Made by a program: the position numbers and the translations under genes
From: an uncultured Solirubrobacterales bacterium
GTDB taxonomy: Bacteria > Actinomycetota > Thermoleophilia > Solirubrobacterales > JBBDJG01
Assembly (NCBI GenBank): GCA_963785085.1
Contig: CAWAUD010000013.1
Coordinates: 7,700-71,699 of the forward strand
Length of the DNA: 64,000 nucleotides
Direction: 5' to 3'
Shown here: piece by piece, positions 27,060 through 41,633 of the stretch
Layout of the letters: the number at the start of each line of letters is the position of its first letter
Numbering within the stretch: the stretch's first letter is position 1
The notes under the pieces: model-generated
What the model was told of the DNA's origin: nothing
The model's database searches: none
The model's input: the letters and a program-made list of their open reading frames with translations, nothing else

Positions 27060-28397
27060 GTGGAAACGCATACACAAACCGACGCCGGACGCGCCTGGGC
27101 CGACGCCCAGGAACACCTTCGTCGCAGGCTCCCACCCGAGGTTCTCGGCACCTGGCTCGACGATGTGAGGCCCAGGTCCATCTCCGGATCGACCCTCTAC
27201 ATCCAAGCTCCCAAGCGAACCAGGGAATGGGTTCGGCGGCGATTCGGCGCGCAGATCTCACAGGCGGTGGCAAGTGCGGTGCCCGCGGTGACAGCGGTCG
27301 AGTGGCTCGATCCCGACGAGACCGACGCCGGACCGGCGGCCCCGGCCAAGCCCCGCACCGAACTCGCCGCCGGCAAGACCTTCGGCCAGTACGTGATCGG
27401 CGCTCCGAACCGGTTCGCCCACGCCGCCGCGCTGGCGGTTTCCGAGCTCCCAGGGCACGCCTACAACCCACTCTTCCTTCACGGGCCGCACGGAATCGGC
27501 AAAAGCCATCTTGCGCAGGCGATCGGCAACTACGTCCGCTCGCACGACCGTGAGATGACCGTCGTCTACACGAACGTGGACGCCTTCACCACAGAATTCA
27601 CAACCGCGCTGCGCGCCGGCAACGTCGATGCCTTCAAGGCCGTCTATCGCCACGCCGACGTTCTGATAGTCGATGACGTCCAGCTGTTCGAGGATCGGCC
27701 GCGTACCGTCGACGAGTTCTTCCACACCTTCGACGACCTGCATGGACGCGGCGCGCAGATCATCCTCACCGCAGATCGAAAGCCGGCCGGGATAACCAAC
27801 CTCCACGAGCGGCTGCGAGACCGATTCGAGGCGGGCCTGGTGGTCGAGCTCGCGCCGCCGGACTTCGACATGCGGCTTGCGATCCTGAGGAAGCGCGTCG
27901 GAAACGACGACCCGCCGGTCGAGCCGGAAGCCCTGGAGCTGCTGGCCCGAATCGTCTCCCCCAACATCCGCACCCTCGAGGGCGCCTTGATCCGGGCCCG
28001 GGCGTTCGCATCCCTCACAGAGCAGAAATTGACCACGGACGTGGCAAGCCACGTCATCTCGAGCCTCGGCAGCGAGGACATCCGAGAGGGATTTCCAACG
28101 CCGACGGTCGAGCAGATCCAAGAAGCCGTGACAAAGGTCATGGGAGTCGGAATTGCCGATCTACGCTCGAAAAGACGTGGCCGTCAGGTCGTTTATGCTC
28201 GCCAGGTCGCCATGTATCTGACCCGCGAGCTCACCCCTCTGTCCTTTCCCACCATCGCCCGCAGCTTCGGTGGACGCGATCACACCACCGTCATGCACGC
28301 GCACAAGCGAGTCGCCGGCGACCTGCTCTCGGATGCCACCACTCGCTCCCTTGTGGATTCACTGGTCAAGCAGTTGGGGACGAAGTCCGCCCCATGA
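27060..28397 (+). CDS. dnaA: chromosomal replication initiator protein DnaA
   Basis: The GTG at 27060 (GGAG upstream) lies within track ORF 26943..28397. Walker A LHGPHGIGKSHL, Walker B VLIVDDVQ, sensor/box VII, and a C-terminal DNA-binding domain (YARQVAMYLTRELT..SFPTIARSFGGRDHTTVMHA). Confidence 0.95.
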   Translation: METHTQTDAGRAWADAQEHLRRRLPPEVLGTWLDDVRPRSISGSTLYIQAPKRTREWVRRRFGAQISQAVASAVPAVTAVEWLDPDETDAGPAAPAKPRTELAAGKTFGQYVIGAPNRFAHAAALAVSELPGHAYNPLFLHGPHGIGKSHLAQAIGNYVRSHDREMTVVYTNVDAFTTEFTTALRAGNVDAFKAVYRHADVLIVDDVQLFEDRPRTVDEFFHTFDDLHGRGAQIILTADRKPAGITNLHERLRDRFEAGLVVELAPPDFDMRLAILRKRVGNDDPPVEPEALELLARIVSPNIRTLEGALIRARAFASLTEQKLTTDVASHVISSLGSEDIREGFPTPTVEQIQEAVTKVMGVGIADLRSKRRGRQVVYARQVAMYLTRELTPLSFPTIARSFGGRDHTTVMHAHKRVAGDLLSDATTRSLVDSLVKQLGTKSAP

Positions 28398-28547
28398 GCA
28401 CCGAGCGCCGCGGGTCCACAGATCTCCCCACAGATCCCTCGAGCTCTCCACACAGCTCTTTCCGGCTCTGCGCCGGCAATCGCCATGGTTCATCCCCGAA
28501 CTTCTCCATCCATCACTCCTCTTCCATCTCCAAGGTGAAGCTCTGAG
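28398..28547. promoter_or_regulatory. candidate oriC core in the dnaA-dnaN spacer (three same-orientation TCCACA-type DnaA boxes plus a lower-GC polypyrimidine tract)
   Basis: GGGTCCACAGATC (28412-28424), TCCCCACAGATC (28425-28436; CCACAGATC repeated at 12-bp phasing) and CTCTCCACACAG (28445-28456). Then cttctccatccatcactcctcttccatctcc (28501-28531), about 50% GC and almost G-free on the top strand. The gene-orientation switch between rpmH and dnaA supports an origin here. Confidence 0.55.
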
Positions 28548-29666
28548 ATGAAGATCACGGCAAACCGAACCACCTTTCTCTCCGAGCTGCAGCTCGTCGG
28601 ACGTGCAGCCTCGACCCGCACCTCCATTGCCGCTCTCGGCGGGATCCTGATCGAGACCGGCGAGGGCAATGCCGCTCTGGCGGCTACGGATGCGGAGCTG
28701 GCGTTGCGCTCGAACGTCGAGTTGGAGGTGGAGCAGCCCGGCCGGGTTCTGCTTCCAGCGCGCCTGTTGATGGAGATCGTCCGGGCGCTGGATGGTGAGT
28801 CGGTGACGCTGGAGCACCGTCCCGACCAGGGTCATGTGGCCGTCATGTCCGAGCGCGCCGAGTTCCACATCCGCACGTTGCCGGCGGAGGACTTTCCGCG
28901 GCTTCCGGATCCCGGCGACAGTGCGATGGCGCTGGCCGGCGACGTCTTCTCCGCGACCGTGGAGCGGGTCGCCAAAGCCGCATCGCGTGATGAGACGCGC
29001 CCGGTCCTGACCGGGATCCTGGTCTCCATGGCCGAGGGCCGGCTGCGGATGGTCGCCACCGACTCCTACCGGTTGAGCGTCAAGGAGACGGCGCTCGACA
29101 ACGGTGCTGCGACTGAGTTTCAGGCGAACATTCCCGCTCGCACGCTGCAGGAAGCCGGGCGGCTGGTGCGCGAGACGGGCGCGGACCAGGTGACCCTGGC
29201 GGCTCAGGACAATCAGATCGTGTTCGGCATCGATCGCGTCTTGTTGTCGTCGCGCCTGATCGATGGTCAATTCCCGAACTATGAGCGGCTGCTGCCGGAC
29301 TCCTTCGAGCATGAGGTCCGGGTGTCGCGGCCCGAGCTCGCCGGAGTCGTGCGGCGGGTGGGCCTGATGGCGCAGCGCAACAGCCCGTTGCGGATGCGCT
29401 TCGAGGAGGGGACGCTGACCGTATCGGCCCAGACGCCTGACATCGGCGAGGCGGTGGAGAGCATTCCCGTGCCCTTCCAGGGCGAGCAGTTGGAGATCGG
29501 GTTCAACCCGGCGTTTCTCCAGGATGGCCTCGAGAGCGTGGAGTCGGACGACGTTCAGATCAAGCTGATCAGCCCGGTGCGGCCGGGGCTGCTCGAGGCC
29601 GCCGGCGACAGCGATGCCGACGGGCGGTTTCTCTACCTGATCATGCCCGTGCGACTCAACGTGTAG
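28548..29666 (+). CDS. dnaN: DNA polymerase III beta sliding clamp
   Basis: Intact 372-aa ORF in the dnaA-dnaN-recF order, with typical three-domain clamp sequence (..ATDSYRL..LIDGQFPNYERLLP..FNPAFLQDGL..MPVRL). Confidence 0.93.
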   Translation: MKITANRTTFLSELQLVGRAASTRTSIAALGGILIETGEGNAALAATDAELALRSNVELEVEQPGRVLLPARLLMEIVRALDGESVTLEHRPDQGHVAVMSERAEFHIRTLPAEDFPRLPDPGDSAMALAGDVFSATVERVAKAASRDETRPVLTGILVSMAEGRLRMVATDSYRLSVKETALDNGAATEFQANIPARTLQEAGRLVRETGADQVTLAAQDNQIVFGIDRVLLSSRLIDGQFPNYERLLPDSFEHEVRVSRPELAGVVRRVGLMAQRNSPLRMRFEEGTLTVSAQTPDIGEAVESIPVPFQGEQLEIGFNPAFLQDGLESVESDDVQIKLISPVRPGLLEAAGDSDADGRFLYLIMPVRLNV

Positions 29667-29697
29667 GAAGCCCCTTCGGGCCCGGTCGCCGGCCGTC

Positions 29698-30793
29698 ATG
29701 CACGTAGCCTCTCTGACTCTCCGCAACTTCCGGAGCTACGAGCGCGCCGAGCTCGATCTACCGCCGGGGATCACCGTCGTGCAGGGACCGGTGGGCGTCG
29801 GCAAGACGAACCTGCTCGAGGCGCTTCACCTTGGTTGCCTTGGCCGTTCCTTTCGAACCTCACGCGAGGGAGATCTGATCCGTCGCGGCGAGCGCGTTGC
29901 GCGCGTGACGCTGACGACGGCGCCACGAGCCGCACGTGATCGAGGCCGGCATCGAGCGCGGCCGTCCCAAGGTCTTTCGCGTCGACGGCGTGCGCGCCGA
30001 GCGCGCGCCGGATTCCGAGACCAGGCCGCTCGTGTGCGTGTTCGCTCCCGACCGGCTGGAGCTGGTCAAGGGCCCGGCGGGCGTTCGGCGCGCGCACCTG
30101 GACGACGTCATCGGTGGCCTCTGGCCGGCAGCCCGCGCGGCCCGGCGGTTCTATCTGCGCGCCCTCGCGCAGCGCAATGCGCTTCTCGGGCGAGTCCGAG
30201 CCGGAGCCACGGGCCAGGAATCCCTTGCGGGCTGGAACCGGGAGGTGGCGCGGCACGGCTTCGATCTGATGGAGCGCCGTAGGGAAGCCATTGACCAGCT
30301 TGCACCCCGGTTCCAGGCTCAGGCCACGGCGCTCGGCCTGCCCGAGCCGGGCGAGCTGGCCTACCGGCCGCGCTCCCGGGCCGAGACGGCCGAGCAGCTC
30401 GAGCAGGAGCTTGCGGAGCACCTGTCCTCCGATCTCGACCGCGGCTTCACGACCCACGGGCCCCATCGCGACGAGCTCCGCTTGTCCGCCGGTGGGGAGG
30501 AGCTGCGCCGGTTCGGCTCCCAGGGCCAGCAGCGGCTTGGCCTGCTCTCCCTGCTCCTGGCGGAATGGCAGCTCCTGCGCGACGAGCGCGGCCGGCCCCC
30601 GCTCCTACTGCTCGACGACGTCCTGAGCGAGCTCGATCCCGCCCACCGGGCGGACCTGCTTGCCCTGGTCGAAACCGGTGGGCAGACCCTGATCACGACC
30701 GCCGATCCGGGAGCCGCCGGCCTTGCCGCGAGCGCGGCCGCCCGGCTCGAGGTCAGCCCGGATGGCGCGCTCGCGATGGAACGGGCTGCCTGA
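29698..30793 (+). pseudogene. recF: DNA replication/repair protein RecF, one indel near 29923
   Basis: N-terminal ORF 29698..30282: LTLRNFRSYERAELDLPPGITVVQGPVGVGKTNLLEAL (Walker A). After ..VTLTT the sequence continues at +1 in ORF 29936..30793: HVIEAGIERGRPKVFRVDG..LFAPDRLELVKGPAGVRR..GPHRDELRL..GSQGQQRL..LLLLDDVLSELD. Confidence 0.9.
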
Positions 30794-31095
30794 TGGGCCT
30801 GCGCCGGCGCCCGCGGCCCTTCGCCGAGGCCCTTCAGCGCTTTCAGGGCCGCATCGCTCCGCCGACGCTTCTGGGAGAGGTCCAGCGTCTGTGGGCGCCG
30901 GCCCTCGGCGAGCAGATCGCGGCTCACTCGGAGCCGGTCTCAGAGCGCCAGGGTGTGATCACGGCGCGCTGTGACTCAGCTGTTTGGGCAGCGGAGCTGA
31001 CCATGTTGGCGAGGTCTCTGTGCGACCGATTGAACGGCGAATTCGACGGGCGCCGTCCCGTGCTGGCAATAAAGTTCACGGCGGCTCCCGGCTAG
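30793..31095 (+). CDS. DUF721 (DciA-like) protein between recF and gyrB
   Basis: The ATG overlaps the recF stop. 100 aa: ..LLGEVQRLWAPALGEQIAAHSEPVSERQGVITARCDSAVWAAELTMLARSLCDRLN.. Position and sequence match the actinobacterial Rv0004/DciA family. Confidence 0.7.
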   Translation: MGLRRRPRPFAEALQRFQGRIAPPTLLGEVQRLWAPALGEQIAAHSEPVSERQGVITARCDSAVWAAELTMLARSLCDRLNGEFDGRRPVLAIKFTAAPG

Positions 31096-31302
31096 CGGGT
31101 TTCCAATCGTGTTCGTACCACCTGCGCGCACGTTTTTCGGCTTTCTGATGGGAAATTTTGACGCTCGACCGTCACTGATTCGTGAGTCGGTCTGCTACCC
31201 TATAAGGGCCGATTCGTGACGCCTTCTAGCGCGCGCTTCCTGCTTGGAGCTGAACGCGCACGCGCTTCCAGAAGGGCGTCAAGGAACACACCAACAGCCT
31301 GA

Positions 31303-33796
<2,494 letters not shown>

Positions 33797-33800
33797 GGAG

Positions 33801-36366
<2,566 letters not shown>

Positions 36367-36370
<4 letters not shown>

Positions 36371-36999
36371 AGCAAGGCCCAGAGGCTCAGCCGGCGACGG
36401 CTGAGGACCTTGCGCGTGATGAGGTAGGGCTGCCAGGCGTCGGGTACGACCGGTGCCGCCACGCGAATGAAGACCGTCGGCCCGGGGGCCCTCGGCTTGC
36501 TGCGCGGCTGCATGCCGGCGTCGGCAGGGGTGCGCGCGCCCTTGCGGCGGTTGCACGGAGCACACGAGGTGACGATGTTGTCCCAGCTCGAGGGACCGCC
36601 CCGGCTGCGCGGGATCACGTGGTCGACGGTCAGGTGCGAGGTGGTCCCGCAGTACTGGCATGTCCACGAGTCACGGGCGAACACCGCGCGCCGGGTGATG
36701 CGCCGCCGGGCGCTGTCGCGTGGGACCCGCACGTAGCTGACGAGCCGGATCACGACTGGCCGGGGGAAGGTGCAGCTCTCGGAGCGCAGGCGGCGGTCGC
36801 CTCGCTCGATCAGCTCCGCCTTCTCCTTGAGGATCAGAACCACTGCACGCCGTACCGTGCAGACGTTGAGCGGCTCGTAGGAGGCGTTCAGGACCAGTAC
36901 GCGCCCCGACTCCCGCGCCGGGCGCGCGAATGGGCCGGGTGGGTCCCTGCCCTCCTCCGGTTGAGCAACTGCGCCCTGCACGGCAACTGAAGCTTCCAT
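36367..36999 (-). CDS. HNH endonuclease (conserved stand-alone actinobacterial type)
   Basis: 210-aa ORF: VLVLNASYEPLNVCTVRRAVVLILKEKAE.., RRAVFARDSWTCQYCG..LTVDHVIPRSRGGPSSWDNIVTSCAPCNRRK (HNH/CxxC). Convergent with gyrA, 4-nt overlap. Confidence 0.8.
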
Positions 37000-37042
37000 C
37001 CTTGGCCGAAGATTCTAGCCGGGCGGAAAAGCGGCTCCTGCG

Positions 37043-37894
37043 CTACGTGGCGGCCGCGGGGTAGCAGCCGAGGATCCGCAGGGTCTCCGCGGAGGCCTCG
37101 ATTGCAGCAAGGGCTTCCGCGATCGGCGGCTCCGAGACGTGGCCCTCGAGGTCGGCGAAGAAGATGTAGCGGCCGAGGCCCTGGCGCCTGGGCCGCGACT
37201 CGATGCGGCTCAGGTTGACGCCGCGGCTGGCGAACTCCTGCAGCGCGGACACGAGACTGCCCGGCGCGTCTGGCAGGCCCCAGAACGCGACCGACGTCTT
37301 CCATGCGCCGGCGCCCGGCGCGTACGGGGCCGAGCCGTCATCGCCGGCTCGCGCCAGCAGTGCGAAGCGCGTCTCGTTGTCGGGGCGATCCTCGACGCCA
37401 TCGAGCAGCACGCGGGCGCCATAGAGCTCGGCTGCGAGGCGCGGCCCCAGCGCGGCCCAGGGGCGCTCCTCCCGCGCCACGATCCGCACCGCGTCGGCGG
37501 TGCTGTCGGCGGGGACCACCTCCGCCTGCGGCAGGCGCTCGAGCAGGAACCGCCGGCATTGCCCGCTCGCCTGCGGATGCGAGAGCACCCGCTCGATCGC
37601 GTCCAGCTCCAGCTCGTCGTGGGCGATCAGGCAGTGGCGGATCGGATGGACCAGCTCGCCGACGATCGCGACGTCGGGCGCCTCGAAGACGAGCGCGTCG
37701 ATCGTGGCGTTCACGGATCCCTCGAGGGAGTTCTCGATGGGCACGAGCGCGCGGTCCGCGGTGCCCTCCTGCACGGCCATCACGCAGTCGAAGATCGTCG
37801 CCTGCGGAACCGGCTCCACGCCGTCTCCGTGCGGGGAGGCGAGCAGGGCCTCCTCGCTGAAGGTGCCCTCGGGGCCCAGGAAAGCGACTCGCAC
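37043..37894 (-). CDS. pheA: prephenate dehydratase
   Basis: Intact 283-aa ORF: VAFLGPEGTFSEEA, VPIENSLEGSVNATID, TRFALL, and a C-terminal ACT domain with ESRPRR..YIFFADLEGH. Confidence 0.9.
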   Translation of the reverse strand: MRVAFLGPEGTFSEEALLASPHGDGVEPVPQATIFDCVMAVQEGTADRALVPIENSLEGSVNATIDALVFEAPDVAIVGELVHPIRHCLIAHDELELDAIERVLSHPQASGQCRRFLLERLPQAEVVPADSTADAVRIVAREERPWAALGPRLAAELYGARVLLDGVEDRPDNETRFALLARAGDDGSAPYAPGAGAWKTSVAFWGLPDAPGSLVSALQEFASRGVNLSRIESRPRRQGLGRYIFFADLEGHVSEPPIAEALAAIEASAETLRILGCYPAAAT

Positions 37895-37902
37895 GGAGGA
37901 GT

Positions 37903-38427
37903 TCAGCTGCTGGGATCGCCGGCCGGCTCGCCGGCGAGCGCGATACGGACCGCCTCGTCCTCCTCGGGCGACAGCTCGTACTCCGGCTCTCCCGCCCGGA
38001 CTCCCTTCACGTACAGCCGTGCCTGGTCGCGGTGGAGGATCGAGGACATGACGATGCCGGTGCCCTCCTCGTCCAGCAGCGCCATCGAGGTGGACTGGCG
38101 TCCGCTCATCTCGTTGTAGGCGTCGTAGCGCACCACCGCGGTCTTGCTGATCGTGCGGTCGAGCCGCTGCTCGTTGGCCGCCAGCTGCGAATCGAGCTGC
38201 TCGACCGCCTGCTGTACCGACTGCCGCATCTCCTGGAAGCTCGATTGGAGCCGCTGCGCGTGGGTCACCAGGTCATGGCTGCCGCTTTCGCCGAGCACCG
38301 CCTTCTGCGCCAGCCGCAGCCGCCGGACGCGCACCCACAGGGTCACGCACATCAACAGCGACAGGAGCGCAACGCCGGCGGCAGCCAGTGCCACGATGCC
38401 GACTGTTGAAGTGAGGTCGTTGCTCAT
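37903..38427 (-). CDS. DUF4446-family protein
   Basis: 174-aa ORF: N-terminal TM, a coiled region, then VVRYDAYNEMSGRQSTSMALLDEEGTGIVMSSILHRDQARLYVKGV, typical of DUF4446. Confidence 0.65.
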   Translation of the reverse strand: MSNDLTSTVGIVALAAAGVALLSLLMCVTLWVRVRRLRLAQKAVLGESGSHDLVTHAQRLQSSFQEMRQSVQQAVEQLDSQLAANEQRLDRTISKTAVVRYDAYNEMSGRQSTSMALLDEEGTGIVMSSILHRDQARLYVKGVRAGEPEYELSPEEDEAVRIALAGEPAGDPSS

Positions 38428-38429
38428 TT

Positions 38430-38460
38430 CTACCGCCTACCGCCTGCCGCCTGCGGTCTC
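38430..38460 (-). repeat. tandem heptamer array between the CARDB-protein stop and the DUF4446 start (minus strand T-GAGACCG CAGGCGG CAGGCGG TAGGCGG TAG-AA-ATG)
   Basis: Plus strand 38430-38460: c ta CCGCCTA CCGCCTG CCGCCTG CGGTCTC, then a. The array spans the whole 31-bp spacer. The last unit ends 2 nt before the ATG at 38427. Confidence 0.85.
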
Positions 38461-39571
38461 ATTGCGCCGCGAACGCGACCTGATACGTCGCTGTGTTGTT
38501 GTCCTTGTTGGACTCGCCCGGCACCGGCGCGATCTCGACCGTCATCTTCGTCACAGCGCCGGCTGCTGGCTTCTCGGTCAGCGGGATGCTGACGGTCTCG
38601 GTCTGGCCTGCCGCGATCCGCGGGATGGTCTGGTCGACCTGGATCTTCTTGCCGTCGGTGATCGTGATCGTGACGGGGATGTCCGTTTCCTCGGACTCTC
38701 CTCCGTTCTGGACCTCGACGTCGAAGGACAGCTGGTCGGACAGCGTGATCCGGTTGACGCCCTGATCGGACAGCACCGTGCCGGCCGGCTGCGCGGTGAC
38801 CTTCTGCAGACCGGTCCCGTGCAGCCCGGGCGTGGCCGCCTTCTGGGTGCCGGTGCCGAGCTTCCCGAGCCGGGTGGCCACCACTTCTGGATCTAGCCAT
38901 CCGAGATCGGGGAGGAATCTCGAGGTCGGGAAGCGCTCGGTGATGCCGCGGTCGTCATAGGCGTTGTGCAGCTCCGGCAGCACGCGCTGCAGGTAGATCA
39001 CGTCACTGGCGAGAAGCGCTTGCATCTGACCCGCGATCAGGTCGATTGCCTGCTGCTTGCCCTTGTCGCCCAGGGCGGTGGGCAAGAGCTCGGCGACCCG
39101 TGCGATCGCATCCTCGCGAAACTGGAAGGACTCGACCAGGTCGTCGTTCGCGCTGTTCAGCTCGTCCGGGTGGTCGGTGCTCTTTGCCCGGTCGGTCAGC
39201 TGCTGGGCGTCCACTCGCAGCATGTTGACCTGCGTCTGAACGTCGAGCGCGTCCGCGCGGCTCGGCTTGGAGAGGACTTCGAAGAACCGGTCGCTGACGT
39301 CCTGCGAGCTGTTCACGAGCGCCCGCGTGTCGTCGGCGTATGACCGGAAGGCCCGGTCCTTGCGTGCGTCCAGGCAGCTGTTCAGCCCGAGCACGAGGAG
39401 GATGATGATCACCACGATCGCGCCGAGGCCGATCGCCCTGCGCATCCTCAGCGTCTGGGCATCGGTCGACCCACCGGCCCCTCGGCCGGCCGTCGATCGT
39501 GCGGGTCGCCTTCCTCCTTCCATAGAAGCCTTGCGGGCGGCAGTATGACGGGGAAGGCGGGCGCGATGCAC
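38459..39571 (-). CDS. membrane-anchored hypothetical protein with a C-terminal CARDB-like (Ig-fold) domain
   Basis: 370-aa ORF (GTG start; internal Met17 or Met43 also possible). TM AIGLGAIVVIIILLVLGL, a helical ectodomain, and a C-terminus VEVQNGGESEETDIPVTITITDGKKIQVDQTIPRIAAGQTETVSIPL..VPGESNKDNNTATY that resembles CARDB. Confidence 0.55.
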   Translation of the reverse strand: MHRARLPRHTAARKASMEGGRRPARSTAGRGAGGSTDAQTLRMRRAIGLGAIVVIIILLVLGLNSCLDARKDRAFRSYADDTRALVNSSQDVSDRFFEVLSKPSRADALDVQTQVNMLRVDAQQLTDRAKSTDHPDELNSANDDLVESFQFREDAIARVAELLPTALGDKGKQQAIDLIAGQMQALLASDVIYLQRVLPELHNAYDDRGITERFPTSRFLPDLGWLDPEVVATRLGKLGTGTQKAATPGLHGTGLQKVTAQPAGTVLSDQGVNRITLSDQLSFDVEVQNGGESEETDIPVTITITDGKKIQVDQTIPRIAAGQTETVSIPLTEKPAAGAVTKMTVEIAPVPGESNKDNNTATYQVAFAAQ

Positions 39572-39581
39572 TAGCGGGCGG

Positions 39582-40349
39582 TCACCCCGCCGGCACCCAT
39601 CCGGCCGGGTACGCGCCGGACGGCACTTCGCCCGGATAGTCCGGGAACCAGCGGCGGGCGACTCGCACTGCCGCTCGGCCCTCGATCAGCGGCCGCAGGT
39701 CTCCGACGGTGAGGAGCACACGTAGCGTGGCGCCGATCTGGAAGTCGGCGGCATTCGGCTCCTCGCCATCGACGATCCCGCGCGCGGCCAGCCCATCGAC
39801 ATGGTCGAGCTTGGCGGGTAGCCCCGCGAGATCGTCCGCGAGACGCACCGCCGAGATGTTGTGGTACTTCCAGAACTTCTGGGCATACGCGATCGCAAAG
39901 TCCGTGCCGGCGGGATCCATCGCGCCGCCGCCACCGTAGCTGGCGAGGGCCTCGGGCCGGAAGTGAAGCGCGGCCCAGGGCAGCCGGCGGCCGAGGTCCT
40001 GGAGCTCTTCGTCGCCCCAGCGCTCGGCCTCGCGCACGTCGGCGGCGATCGGTTCGGGATAAAGCGAGGGCTCGGCGACGAGCTGCTCGAGCCGCTCCAG
40101 TATCGGCCGCGAGCCATGCACGGGCTCGCCGTCGACCATCAGGCCCGGGACGGTGCGGTTTCCGGGACCGTACAGGCGCTCCATCTCCTCGTTGTGGGGG
40201 CCGGCCGTGAGCGCCACCTTCTCGTAGGCGAGCCCCTTGAGGCGCAGCGCGGCTTCTGCGGTCATGCACGGATGCGACGGCGGAAGTACGTGCAGCGTGA
40301 GGTTGGGCGCCACGCTGCAACCATATTTCTTGCGTAGCATTGTCGGCAC
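39582..40349 (-). CDS. glutathione S-transferase-like / thioredoxin-fold protein
   Basis: 255-aa ORF: ..HPCMTAEAALRLKGLAYEKV..TVPGLMVDGEPVHGSRPILERLE.. (GST N-terminal/glutaredoxin-like fold), then a helical C-terminal domain. The start codon is uncertain. Confidence 0.5.
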   Translation of the reverse strand: MPTMLRKKYGCSVAPNLTLHVLPPSHPCMTAEAALRLKGLAYEKVALTAGPHNEEMERLYGPGNRTVPGLMVDGEPVHGSRPILERLEQLVAEPSLYPEPIAADVREAERWGDEELQDLGRRLPWAALHFRPEALASYGGGGAMDPAGTDFAIAYAQKFWKYHNISAVRLADDLAGLPAKLDHVDGLAARGIVDGEEPNAADFQIGATLRVLLTVGDLRPLIEGRAAVRVARRWFPDYPGEVPSGAYPAGWVPAG

Positions 40350-40384
40350 CCGGCGCCGGCCTGCGCGCTGGTCCCTCCCTCCCT

Positions 40385-41140
40385 ATGGGTGCCCTACGCA
40401 CGCTCGAAACGAAGCTGGAAGGCCTGGTTGAAGGCGTATTCAACCGCGCCTTCAGGGCCCGGGTGCAGCCCGTCGAGCTCGCCAGGCGCCTGGCGAAGGA
40501 GATGGATTCCTACAAGACGGTCTCCGTCTCGCGCACCTATGTGCCGAACGAGTACATCGTCTTCCTCTCGCGGGAGGACCGGCGCCAGTTCGAGAATTAC
40601 GAGCAGGCGCTCCAGGACGAGCTGTCCCAGCACCTGCTGGAGCACGCGGGCCGGGAGGGGCTCTCGCTCCTGACCCGGCCCCAGGTCCGCTTCGAGACCG
40701 ACCAGCGCCTGCGGATGGGCGAGTTCGGGATCCAGCCGCGTCTGGTCAAGCCACCGCAGGCCGAGCACGAGGAGGGGACCCAGGGCGAGATGGGAGCGAC
40801 GATGGTGTACTCGGCGGCCAAGGCCCGTGAGCTGCGCGAGGACGCCTCCACGTCCAAGCCGCTCAGCCGGGCATTGCTGACGCTCGACGGCAAGACGTTC
40901 GTGGTCGATCGCCCGCGGACGGTCATCGGCCGCAGCCAGCGAGCGGACTTCGTGCTCGACGACCCCAATGTCTCCCGGCGGCACTGCGAGATCCAGCAGC
41001 AGGCCGACGGGTGGCAGCTGGTGGACCTCGAGTCCACGAACGGAGTCTCGGTGAATGGCCGGCGTGTCCGTTCGGCTCGGCTTTCCCCCGGTGACGAGAT
41101 CACCATTGGGACGTCGGCCCTGCGGTTCGACGTCGACTAG
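40385..41140 (+). CDS. fhaA: FhaA-like protein (DUF3662 N-terminal domain plus C-terminal FHA domain)
   Basis: Starts at Met16 of track ORF 40340..41140: MGALRTLETKLEGLVEGVFNRAF..VQPVELARRLAKEMD..YVPNEYIVFLS. C-terminal FHA: TVIGRSQRADFVLDDPNVSRRHCEI..LVDLESTNGVSVNGRRV. Confidence 0.85.
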   Translation: MGALRTLETKLEGLVEGVFNRAFRARVQPVELARRLAKEMDSYKTVSVSRTYVPNEYIVFLSREDRRQFENYEQALQDELSQHLLEHAGREGLSLLTRPQVRFETDQRLRMGEFGIQPRLVKPPQAEHEEGTQGEMGATMVYSAAKARELREDASTSKPLSRALLTLDGKTFVVDRPRTVIGRSQRADFVLDDPNVSRRHCEIQQQADGWQLVDLESTNGVSVNGRRVRSARLSPGDEITIGTSALRFDVD

Positions 41141-41162
41141 CGTCCCTCAAGAGAGCCGAGAC

Positions 41163-41627
41163 ATGTCCGATCCGATCGAGGTCCTGCTCAAGTTCGCCTT
41201 CCTGGCCGTGCTCTACCTGTTCCTGTTGTGGGTCGCCCGCAGCTCGCTGCGGGACCTGCGCCGCCCGACCTCTGCGACGTCGGCCGGAACCGCTCCGGTC
41301 GTGGCCGGCCGCGCCTCGGACGCCCGCGCCAGGCTGATCGTGGTGCAGGGCGGCGGCGGCCTGCGGGTGGGGGACTTCTTCGAGATCGGGTCCGGGATCA
41401 CGATCGGCCGTGTACCGGCCAGTGACATCGTGATCGACGACAACTACGCGTCCGGCAAGCACGCGCGCGTCTACGGGTCCGACGGCTCCGTGTACCTGGA
41501 GGACCTCAACTCGACCAACGGCACCTACGTGAACGGCCGGCGCGTCTCGACACGCGCCGAGCTGCGCCCGGACGACCTCGTCCGCATCGGTGACGCGGAG
41601 CTGCGGCTGGATGGTCTGGATGGCTGA
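41163..41627 (+). CDS. fhaB: FhaB/FipA-like membrane-anchored FHA-domain protein
   Basis: Starts at Met37 of track ORF 41055..41627. TM LLKFAFLAVLYLFLLWVA, then FHA: ITIGRVPASDIVIDDNYASGKHARVY..YLEDLNSTNGTYVNGRRV. Confidence 0.85.
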   Translation: MSDPIEVLLKFAFLAVLYLFLLWVARSSLRDLRRPTSATSAGTAPVVAGRASDARARLIVVQGGGGLRVGDFFEIGSGITIGRVPASDIVIDDNYASGKHARVYGSDGSVYLEDLNSTNGTYVNGRRVSTRAELRPDDLVRIGDAELRLDGLDG

Positions 41628-41633
41628 GCACCG

